Source: a virus (lineage: Duplodnaviria > Caudoviricetes). From it: 42,075 bases of DNA. Positions 25,201 to 31,940 of this stretch are shown piece after piece. Within the stretch, counting starts at the first letter, position 1. Each line of letters opens with the position of its first letter. Position numbers and translations under genes: made by a program. The stretch covers positions 1-42,075 of IMG/VR virus record IMGVR_UViG_3300048670_000359; one strand, given 5' to 3'. The notes beneath the pieces were generated by a model. It made no database searches. It saw nothing but the letters and a program-made list of their open reading frames with translations, and was not told the origin of the DNA.

Positions 25201-25643
25201 GACTGCTGCTCTTGCTTGTACGGCTCCCACTGAGAACCAAACGCACCAAAGTCTTGTCCAGCCTGAAAGGAAGGATCAAGAGCACCTTTGGCCACGGCTC
25301 CCGTCAGTGCCTCTCGTGGTGTCTTGCCAAGCGCATACGGGTTTATGCCCGTAATCACGCGGAAGTCGCTCGCAAACTCAGGTGTGATATTTGGTGAATC
25401 TAACGCAACTCGCCCGCTTTCTGATGTCGTAGGAGGACGTTGAGGCAGCCCTCCGCCTTCAACAGGCGTAGCCAACATGCCAGGCTGTTCAAGTGAATCG
25501 GCAGCAACTTGAGGCTGTTGAGTCTTTAGCCTGTCAATCTCACCAAGAATAGCCTGCACATCGGCAATGGCTTGCGTGTTGCCGGATTGTGCCGCAGTGT
25601 CAGCCTGCTGCAAAAGGCCGTAAAGTTCGTTAATGTCAGCCAT
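22230..25643 (-). CDS. Large internal virion / DNA-ejection protein (1137 aa; T7 gp16 / P22 gp16-like position)
   Basis: Ala-rich helical protein with Gly-rich hydrophobic membrane-like segments; last gene of the structural module. Confidence 0.7.
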   Translation of the reverse strand: MADINELYGLLQQADTAAQSGNTQAIADVQAILGEIDRLKTQQPQVAADSLEQPGMLATPVEGGGLPQRPPTTSESGRVALDSPNITPEFASDFRVITGINPYALGKTPREALTGAVAKGALDPSFQAGQDFGAFGSQWEPYKQEQQSTMGGAFLRGAKSAVGPTIGAIPGSMAGQAIGILGGGALGGMVGGPPGMVLGAQIGGGLGMMAGGAVGGTLGGLIQQGAESMLGFKTDQDIAQDQFDQEQAATRYARLAGEIVPQFSTMRPAIGTFGKAVAGDVGSIASLGIGAGLGGGIPAIANAVAGEPIDMERVTMGALSGMLLEPSRFGQSLYDRAARNEIGALKARNATVQQFAADARSAAAELADSPNLVQNGVKLGAGSLSNDEGLIALEQHVFNRDPVLRGQRARDVEQIALNVDTQMQPRGASPAQTERFFVDDLGQMSAKAEQAYQGAIARGDQYAQGILQNAQQAAQRSQELANAGLMSAKMAHSLAVRNFAEAAAQINEFQGNRAPAAETVLRVFTQNSEVAHDAAKALAVNIPQSVTTQFENFTSAANAAVKDMSEFKKLPGPVRAMIKARKPKFAEDGTALHADSIKQAVNDAGLLAELMRDSEIKKSPSTIRLLGKIREGLEKDIEAGSDKYSELKTFRAAWKNYTDTFVNNDSQKVSIGSIDPNTVIDHYMKKSGQIKGLAGAEQLRAVIGDSPTGLRAVEDWFMSKMAKTIGVAQTENVLTEGSIRSAENWLADDHIQELLKVFPSAKPKMESMLARLELNRLAAAAGEAEVKAASAPRSEVIADRLRTMAIETKKTAETAALKALKAEEKAIAEHVAQRFIGTSPKDAIQGILSSKSIDPVRLAEDLLNAAAKDPTGQAVQGIRNAMREFINEQIRAKGSVASGKNVPDGISKAELETTLGKLGKLLIKGTNERRVIEQILGPYSQDLKNLDLASQQLEVLSRRKRATAGMSQTTPQKAIEEQIQEQMDFSALNFLGRLSRGMSVKDAGQKGYIRNTVDMIQRVWSGDIQEKAYAAIRDAIADPEKLRIALLETTPGNMPAIRGWLKTYGIPYTFDINNSDMETIGQGGVITDRESGFRVISKDNKKFKVFSPAGKLLGIYDTPEKASQAADIEILKARKTK

Positions 25644-25645
25644 GA

Positions 25646-26791
25646 TTATTGTTTGTAGCCTGATTGGTAACGCTTTCGGATAGCGTCAATGTCAACCGCT
25701 GGGGCAGCCTGCTGTGGAGCAGCTTGTGGAGCAGCCTGCTGCATGGGTTGAGCTTGATAGCCACCTCCACTAATAGGGATAAGCAAATCCTGAGGTGAAC
25801 GTTCCTTGATGCGCTTGCCAGCAATGCCTTCGTCCAAAGTTGCAAACGGATTTGCGCCCCACTTTTCAGCGGTGGCTGGACTAGTCACGTTTTCAACAAG
25901 GTTCTTGATTTGATTGTTGTGAACATCAGAAAGACTATTTGCAATTCTGGTAGCGTTTACCAAAAACGTGCCGGGGTCAGGCGACATTACTTTTTGCAGA
26001 ATCTTGTCCTTAAAGGAAAGCTGCTCATCCTTGGGGGCGCTCAAGAACTTATTGGTCAAAGCCCTTACATTCCACATTCCAGATTTCTCAAGTTGAGCAA
26101 CTTCAGGCCCGCTTAAAAGCTGTGGATACCTGACCAACATTTCGCTTAGGTTTACCGCGTCTGCTGAAATGACAGAGTTCATGGTTTTAAGCATGAATGT
26201 CTTCATAAAATCAGCAGATTCACGATAACGCTGCTGAGACATGTCCTTCATGCCCTTCATTTCAAACTCAGCGCCTTCGTTGTAAATTGACTGAGCCTTT
26301 TGAATTTCGGACATTAGGTTCTCAATGGGATTGCGCTGCTTGCGAAGCTGCTCCCAGTTCTTTGAGCCAATGCTGTACTGCTCTAGCTTTTCAAAAGGAG
26401 CAAGAGCTTGTCCGTACCGCTCTTCAATTTCCTTATCCTTGTTTTTAAGCATCCGCTCAGCCACATCTTTGGGTTGCCCGTAAGCCTCAAACATGGCTGC
26501 TTTCCTGTCAAATTCAGCATCAATAAGCGCAGCCCTGCGATCTAGTTCATGCTGGACTTCTGGATATCCAAGTAAATTGCGGTCAATCTGTTTTGACTCT
26601 TCTTGGAACTGCGCCTTTTTAAGTAACCTCTGTTCTTCTATAGCAGCCTTTTGTTGCTCGACCTGTTGCATGGCCTGTGCTTGACGCTCAGCCTGCTTGC
26701 TCCTCAGAGATTCAACTGTTGAGCGCATACTTTCAGGCGCAAAGCTCAGCGTGCTTGCGTATGATTGTGGCAGTTGAAGTGTTTCGTTCAT
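25646..26791 (-). CDS. Internal virion / ejection protein (381 aa)
   Basis: Q/E/K-rich coiled coil; lies directly before the large ejection protein. Confidence 0.6.
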   Translation of the reverse strand: MNETLQLPQSYASTLSFAPESMRSTVESLRSKQAERQAQAMQQVEQQKAAIEEQRLLKKAQFQEESKQIDRNLLGYPEVQHELDRRAALIDAEFDRKAAMFEAYGQPKDVAERMLKNKDKEIEERYGQALAPFEKLEQYSIGSKNWEQLRKQRNPIENLMSEIQKAQSIYNEGAEFEMKGMKDMSQQRYRESADFMKTFMLKTMNSVISADAVNLSEMLVRYPQLLSGPEVAQLEKSGMWNVRALTNKFLSAPKDEQLSFKDKILQKVMSPDPGTFLVNATRIANSLSDVHNNQIKNLVENVTSPATAEKWGANPFATLDEGIAGKRIKERSPQDLLIPISGGGYQAQPMQQAAPQAAPQQAAPAVDIDAIRKRYQSGYKQ

Positions 26792-27432
26792 TATCTGCCT
26801 TTGCGTCCAAATTGATTTTTGAATTGTTCCTGTAGCGCACTGGGCTGTGAGGGCGGGGGCGCTATTCCAAAGGATTGCGGTTGAAATACATTAGATGCTC
26901 CCCCTGGGCTGCCATACAATGACTCAGCCTCTGCCCGCTGATACGGAGCCATAGCTTGAGCATCAAGCTGCCGGCCTAGCCTTTTATTCTGCTCCACATC
27001 GCTCGCTGCCTGTTGCGCCATACGGGCATCCAGCTCTGCCTTTTGCTTTTGCATCTGGAATGCGTGGCCAGTTGCGCTACCAATAAAACCTTTAGCCTGA
27101 TCCCAAAAAGCCTTCCTGTCAGCCAGCGACGTAGCCACGTTTGAGCCCATAGACTCAAGCTGAGAATCAAAAGCAAATTGAAGCTCTTTTGGCAGGAAGC
27201 TCTTTATTGTTTCGTATGCCTTTTCAGATGCTGTTACAGCAGACTTTGTGTCCTTGTAATTGGCGTACTCGTTAAGCGCAGTGTTTACGCCACCCATAAT
27301 CCCCTTGGACATGGACTCGCTACCCTTCATGCCAATGTCCGCTATGTTTGCGCCGGCCTGAGCAAGCCCTTGTCCCATTGCCGCCATAGACATTGGGGCC
27401 TGGCTATGATAAAGATTAATTGATTTTGCCAT
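26791..27432 (-). CDS. Internal virion / ejection protein (213 aa)
   Basis: G/A/M/Q-rich amphipathic N-terminus (MGQGLAQAGANIA); TAATG-coupled to the next gene. Confidence 0.6.
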   Translation of the reverse strand: MAKSINLYHSQAPMSMAAMGQGLAQAGANIADIGMKGSESMSKGIMGGVNTALNEYANYKDTKSAVTASEKAYETIKSFLPKELQFAFDSQLESMGSNVATSLADRKAFWDQAKGFIGSATGHAFQMQKQKAELDARMAQQAASDVEQNKRLGRQLDAQAMAPYQRAEAESLYGSPGGASNVFQPQSFGIAPPPSQPSALQEQFKNQFGRKGR

Positions 27433-27706
27433 AAAGTGATCTCCTAGCTTCTAAACAAAGTGGACTTCCTGCCTTAAACTGACTGCAAGCCTGTGGACGG
27501 TTTTGGTAAATTGTACACGAAACTGATTTGCCAACAACTCCAGACAATGCAGCACACCTGTTGTTGCATGTTTTAAGCAGTGGGTAATCATCTCGAATGA
27601 GTTCTGGTGGTATTCCTGCGGCGTCAGACCTGTCCCGGCGAAGCACCGGCCAGCTCCACTTGTGACTGCAACAAGCCCCGCAAGTCCTGCAATCCAGATC
27701 GGACAT
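27416..27706 (-). CDS. YkgJ/FliB-like CxxCxxCC Fe-S/Zn cluster protein (96 aa; start reassigned to ATG 27706)
   Basis: DCRTCGACC...RCAAL...CTIYQNRPQACSQF...C signature. Confidence 0.85.
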   Translation of the reverse strand: MSDLDCRTCGACCSHKWSWPVLRRDRSDAAGIPPELIRDDYPLLKTCNNRCAALSGVVGKSVSCTIYQNRPQACSQFKAGSPLCLEARRSLYGKIN

Positions 27707-28463
27707 TACAGTAGTCAAGGACGGGCTGCTCATGGAGGACATGCTCATGCAGGTTCTCTACTTGAATCCTGAGCTTGGGGCAATCCACAAACTTCCCAAG
27801 TCGCTTGTCTACACAGTTAAAGCAGGCATGAACATAGTCAGAGTTCATGTGTTTGTTTGGCTTGCTGGCCACATCCTCGTCATAGCGATTCCTATCAAAA
27901 GGAACGTGGTTGCTTTTTAGATACGAAGCCACATCAGCATCAGTCCAGTTCCTGAGCGGAAACCACATTTCAGTATTTGGGCCAAGAATCTTTTTGTCCA
28001 CTTCAAGCGGAATAGCCCCGGTAAGCGGATCTTCGTCACTGCTCTTGTGGCCACACAGTAAGACATCAAAGTCAGACACAATATGTCCCTTTGGGCGACT
28101 CAGCCACTCTTTGCCGCAAACCCAGTGATTTGCCGGGTCAAATGGTTCAGTGCCTCGCATGACCTTGATATGTCCATCCCCAAGCGAGTATGTCTCACAG
28201 ACATCTAAGCGTCCATTCCCGTGCGTTAGTGCCACAGACACAGGAACCCAGTCATGGACCGTCATGTTGTACAGCTCTTGAATCCTGTGGTGGAAGGCGT
28301 ACTTGTGCGACAGGAACGGCAGCTTGAAGTGAATCACCTCAATATCCGGGCGTACCCTTCTGGCCATGTCGAGCAGCACAGTACTGTCTTTCCCGCCGCT
28401 CCAAAGAACGGCAGGACGTTTTGCGCGATTAAGGGCCAGCCAAATTACAGATTGAGCCTTCAT
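27624..28463 (-). CDS. PP-loop adenine-nucleotide alpha-hydrolase, PAPS-reductase-like (279 aa)
   Basis: VLWSGGKDS PP-loop, FPLRNWTDADV and C-terminal ACFNC..CPK; lacks the C-terminal ECGLH motif of CysH. Confidence 0.8.
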   Translation of the reverse strand: MKAQSVIWLALNRAKRPAVLWSGGKDSTVLLDMARRVRPDIEVIHFKLPFLSHKYAFHHRIQELYNMTVHDWVPVSVALTHGNGRLDVCETYSLGDGHIKVMRGTEPFDPANHWVCGKEWLSRPKGHIVSDFDVLLCGHKSSDEDPLTGAIPLEVDKKILGPNTEMWFPLRNWTDADVASYLKSNHVPFDRNRYDEDVASKPNKHMNSDYVHACFNCVDKRLGKFVDCPKLRIQVENLHEHVLHEQPVLDYCNVRSGLQDLRGLLQSQVELAGASPGQV

Positions 28464-30709
28464 TAGAATACAGCAGCAGCACCTATTGCCGCGCCACCAA
28501 GAGATCCTAGCATTCCTGATTGACTAGAAGATTTAGCAGCATTCGCCTGAGCTTGAGCAGCAGCAAGGCCCATCTGCGCGTTGTAGGCCCCGTAGATACT
28601 GCCCATGCCAGTCTGCGACTCTGGGTTAAAATACTGAGGACCAGCGTTCTGCTGCATTGCCAGCCCCATCTGCTGTGATTGACCTTCAACTCCCTGAAGG
28701 ATTGGCTGTTTGTAGAACGCTTGCAAGATCGGAGCCTGAGCCTGCTGCAATTGCGACATTGCGCCAGCTCCCAACTGAGCCTGAGCGGCCTGGGCCTGGG
28801 TGCTTGCCATGTAGGCCTGCTGTTCTGCTGAGCCACGCTGCAAGGCCTGATTGAATGCGGCCTGCTGAGTACCAGCACCAAGTTGTTCGCGGCCCATGGC
28901 TTGATTGTAGGCCTGTTCCTGAGCACCCTGCATAAGCTGCTGTTGGCCCATCAATTGGCCATAACGCTGCTGCTGAATTTGCTGGCCAAGGTTTTCTCTG
29001 CCCATAGCCTGCTCAAACCCAGCTCCTTGCGTACCCATGGCCTGAGCGTACCGCTGAGCCTGTGTCTGTTGCCCAAATACATCTTGAGTTTGAGCCTGGC
29101 CAAAGCCTGCGCCTTGCGTGCCCATTGCTTGCTGATAACGCTGAGCCTGAAGCTCTTGAGCCATTGTATCTTTGGCCTGAGCCTGACCAAAACCAGCGCC
29201 CTGAGTTCCCATGGCTTGCTGGTAACGCTGCGCTTGAAGCTGCTGCGCCATTGTATCTTGAGCTTGAGCTTGGCTAAACCCAGCGCCTTGAGTCCCCATA
29301 GCTTGCTGGTAGCGTTGAGCCTGAAGCTGTTGGTTCATTACATCCCGTGTCTGGGCTTGGCCAAAAGCTTGCTGCTGGAGTCCTAGTCCGTAGTCAATTC
29401 CAAGCTGCTGACGCTGCAATGATTGCTGAAGTGCCGGCTGGTAAATGCCCTGAATCGTGCCAGCAGCTTGAGCGGCATTTTGCAGGCGTTGCTGATATCG
29501 CTGATTTGCAACATCCGCTCGATTTAAGATTTCAGCATTTACTGCCTGACCTCCGAGCGCAGTGCCTCTAGCAGCATAAGCAGCCCTAGCAGATTGATCT
29601 GCCATGCGCTGCTCTTCAGGCGTGAGGCTTTTTCCAGCAGAAAGCTCAGCCTGTGACTGCTGTGCCAGCATGTCTGCGTATTGCCCCATGCCAGGCATTG
29701 CGGCAATGTACTGATTTACGGAATTTTGATCAAGATTCTGAATATTTGAGGCCAGCTTGGGGCCGGCCACTTTGCCCATGTTTGAAGCAATTGGAACTGC
29801 CCCAGCGATTTGAGCGGCAGCTGCTGCTGTTTGAGCAGCATTCATTTGCTGGGCAGTTGGCACTGCTCCGGCGGTTTTTGCTGCTGCTGCTGCCGTCTGG
29901 GCAGTTGCCATGTTTTTAGCAGTGGGCACTGCTCCAGCAGTTGCGGCAGCAGCCGCTGCCGTCTGGGCAGCGCTCATCTGCTGAGCGCCTGGCACTGCTC
30001 CCGCTGTTGCAGCAGCCGCTTGAGCTGTTTGAGCATTCTGCAAATAACCAGCTTCCTGCGGCATTCCGGCTCCATACGCCACATTCGTGGGATTGAATCC
30101 CTGAACTGCGTTAACGTATCCACCAGCAGGAGTTTCCTGCAACCCAGAGTAGGGCTGCTGCGGAGCCATCTGTTGCTGACCTTGCATTCTTTGCCGCATC
30201 TGGCCAAAGAAATTGCCGCCGCCTTGCTGCTGCGCAGGCATCTGTTGCTGCTGCGCAGGCCTCTGTGCACCATAAGGATCTCTTACGCCCACTTGGTAGG
30301 AGTTAAATTCAGGCCGATTCATTGACTGCGCCATTGCGGTCTTGGCCAACTGGCCGGCAGATCCTACAGCTTCAGCGTATCCAGGAGTCAGGGCATTAAA
30401 GGCCTGCTGGTACTGCGGCAGGGCTGTCTGAAGCTGCCCTAGCTCAGCCTGTCTGTTGGCTTGATTGTAGGCAGCTTCTATTTCGGCAATCTGAGGATAG
30501 CCCTTCTTGGCCATATCCAAAGACTGCTGGGCCTGATAGGCCTGCTGCTGAGCTTGAAGTTGATTGTAAAGCGGTTGGTATTTGGCTTCAGACTCGTAAA
30601 CCTGAGGAGCCATGTCCACCTGAGCCTGAAGAATGCTCTTCATCGACTCCTGGTAACTTGGAGCCGCTGGTGCCTGAATAGTTGTAGATCCTCCTCCGTA
30701 TGATCCCAT
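28463..30709 (-). CDS. Gln/Ala-rich pilot / DNA-ejection protein (748 aa) with internal tandem repeats
   Basis: MGSYGGG N-terminus, coiled-coil Q/A composition, hydrophobic Gly-rich C-terminus GMLGSLGGAAIGAAAVF; first ejection-type gene after the nozzle. Confidence 0.65.
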   Translation of the reverse strand: MGSYGGGSTTIQAPAAPSYQESMKSILQAQVDMAPQVYESEAKYQPLYNQLQAQQQAYQAQQSLDMAKKGYPQIAEIEAAYNQANRQAELGQLQTALPQYQQAFNALTPGYAEAVGSAGQLAKTAMAQSMNRPEFNSYQVGVRDPYGAQRPAQQQQMPAQQQGGGNFFGQMRQRMQGQQQMAPQQPYSGLQETPAGGYVNAVQGFNPTNVAYGAGMPQEAGYLQNAQTAQAAAATAGAVPGAQQMSAAQTAAAAAATAGAVPTAKNMATAQTAAAAAKTAGAVPTAQQMNAAQTAAAAAQIAGAVPIASNMGKVAGPKLASNIQNLDQNSVNQYIAAMPGMGQYADMLAQQSQAELSAGKSLTPEEQRMADQSARAAYAARGTALGGQAVNAEILNRADVANQRYQQRLQNAAQAAGTIQGIYQPALQQSLQRQQLGIDYGLGLQQQAFGQAQTRDVMNQQLQAQRYQQAMGTQGAGFSQAQAQDTMAQQLQAQRYQQAMGTQGAGFGQAQAKDTMAQELQAQRYQQAMGTQGAGFGQAQTQDVFGQQTQAQRYAQAMGTQGAGFEQAMGRENLGQQIQQQRYGQLMGQQQLMQGAQEQAYNQAMGREQLGAGTQQAAFNQALQRGSAEQQAYMASTQAQAAQAQLGAGAMSQLQQAQAPILQAFYKQPILQGVEGQSQQMGLAMQQNAGPQYFNPESQTGMGSIYGAYNAQMGLAAAQAQANAAKSSSQSGMLGSLGGAAIGAAAVF
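28955..29375 (-). repeat. 87-bp (29-aa) tandem repeat, about 5 copies
   Basis: QQLQAQRYQQAMGTQGAGFxQAQxxDxMx units recur at 29041, 29128, 29215 and 29302, with a degenerate fifth copy. Confidence 0.9.
29780..30036 (-). repeat. 66-bp (22-aa) tandem repeat, 4 copies
   Basis: AQTAAAAAATAGAVPTAxxMxA units at 29795, 29861, 29927 and 29993. Confidence 0.9.
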
Positions 30710-30712
30710 AAA

Positions 30713-31147
30713 TTACTCCTTATCGTATTTCCTGACTTGATCTATGGCTCGCATATGCGCCCATCCTCCAATTAAAAAAGCTACATGAGAGTATATTGCA
30801 AAGTCACTGCACTTCAAGACAGAAGAGTGGCCCTTGCCTTGTGCAGCCGCCTCCTCGCCTGTTACCCATCCATGACAGGCATTTAGAATAAGCGGAAGTA
30901 AACTTGTTTTGTGTTGTTGGAAAAATAAGTTGCAGGAAATTGTTTCAATAAACAAAAACAACTCCCTAGAAACCTCATCCAAAAGCACCGGCTGATCTCT
31001 GTCAACAAGATCGTCTATAATGTGGCAAAAGTTCCAGCATCTCCATAAGAAGCTAAAGGCTTGCTCGTTCCCATTTGCAATAAACAGCATGATGCTTTTT
31101 GCATTTGGGTTCTTGGCTATTTCTTCTGGCTTGTTGCAATAATCCAT
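30713..31147 (-). CDS. Small helical DDxxD protein, isoprenoid-synthase/prenyltransferase-like (144 aa)
   Basis: HIIDDLVDRD resembles the first aspartate-rich motif of class I isoprenoid synthases (HxxxLxxDDxxD..D); all-helical pattern. Confidence 0.5.
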   Translation of the reverse strand: MDYCNKPEEIAKNPNAKSIMLFIANGNEQAFSFLWRCWNFCHIIDDLVDRDQPVLLDEVSRELFLFIETISCNLFFQQHKTSLLPLILNACHGWVTGEEAAAQGKGHSSVLKCSDFAIYSHVAFLIGGWAHMRAIDQVRKYDKE

Positions 31148-31929
31148 TATTTCTCGTATAAAAATTCTGATATTTTAATCGGAGCAAACGGCACTTCATT
31201 TTTATGAAAATTACCAAGTCCGTTATTAACTAAATTGATCCAAGTATCAAAGTCCAAAATTGCATTCATGTTTGGATTACACTCAATAATCTTGAATCCG
31301 GCATTTGCGGCAGCCTTTAAGTGATACCAAGTTGGGTAACACATGTAGTGCCAAACATCCTGCAACTCTTTAATTTGACGTGCCTGCTGTGGGTCTAGGT
31401 CATCAACAGCGCACATGTCTGAAATTAACAACCTGCCACCTGGCTTTAGCACCCTGTATACCTCGCTTAAAACATCTACAAGCGGCCTATATCCGATGCT
31501 TTGGTAAAAGTACACAAAGTCAAACAGGTCATTGCCAAATGGCATCTCATCGTATGACCCTACGGAAAAAGCGCAATTTATTGGTGCGCTGGCTTTAGCA
31601 ATTTCAACTTGTTCTGGAGAAATGGTTAAGCCAGTAAATGCTGCTTCAGGATGCTTTTTGCCAAAGAAGTTTGTTACATGGCCAATGCCACATCCTGCAT
31701 CCAGAACCCTCTTTGCTCCATCCTGCCAATGTCTGCAATTTAGTATTTCAAGATGCTCTTCAAAGTTGTTTGAAAACAACCCAGACTGAAAAACTGGATA
31801 GTTGTTATCAACATAAATTGATGTACAGCCGTCCCAATACTCTTTAAGCAGATCGTTGTTTTTGCATTTGTTTTTATAATAAATTGAATGAGCTAAAAAA
31901 TCTGAGAATTTTGATATGTTTTGTTTCAT
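31147..31929 (-). CDS. Class I SAM-dependent small-molecule methyltransferase (260 aa), AT-rich
   Basis: VLDAGCGIG, GLTISPEQ, MPFGNDLFDFV and EVYRVLKPGGRLLISD; no DNA-methyltransferase catalytic motif. Confidence 0.9.
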   Translation of the reverse strand: MKQNISKFSDFLAHSIYYKNKCKNNDLLKEYWDGCTSIYVDNNYPVFQSGLFSNNFEEHLEILNCRHWQDGAKRVLDAGCGIGHVTNFFGKKHPEAAFTGLTISPEQVEIAKASAPINCAFSVGSYDEMPFGNDLFDFVYFYQSIGYRPLVDVLSEVYRVLKPGGRLLISDMCAVDDLDPQQARQIKELQDVWHYMCYPTWYHLKAAANAGFKIIECNPNMNAILDFDTWINLVNNGLGNFHKNEVPFAPIKISEFLYEK

Positions 31930-31940
31930 TAAACTATTTG

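Noticed and set aside
27624-28463. cysH auxiliary sulfur-assimilation gene or DndC phosphorothioation gene
   Set aside because: It lacks the C-terminal ECGLH catalytic motif, has no other cys or dnd genes nearby, and sits inside the virion module; kept only as a PP-loop family member.
28955-30036. Diversity-generating retroelement template/variable repeats
   Set aside because: There is no reverse transcriptase, the repeats are in-frame tandem coding units, and the differences are not adenine-specific.
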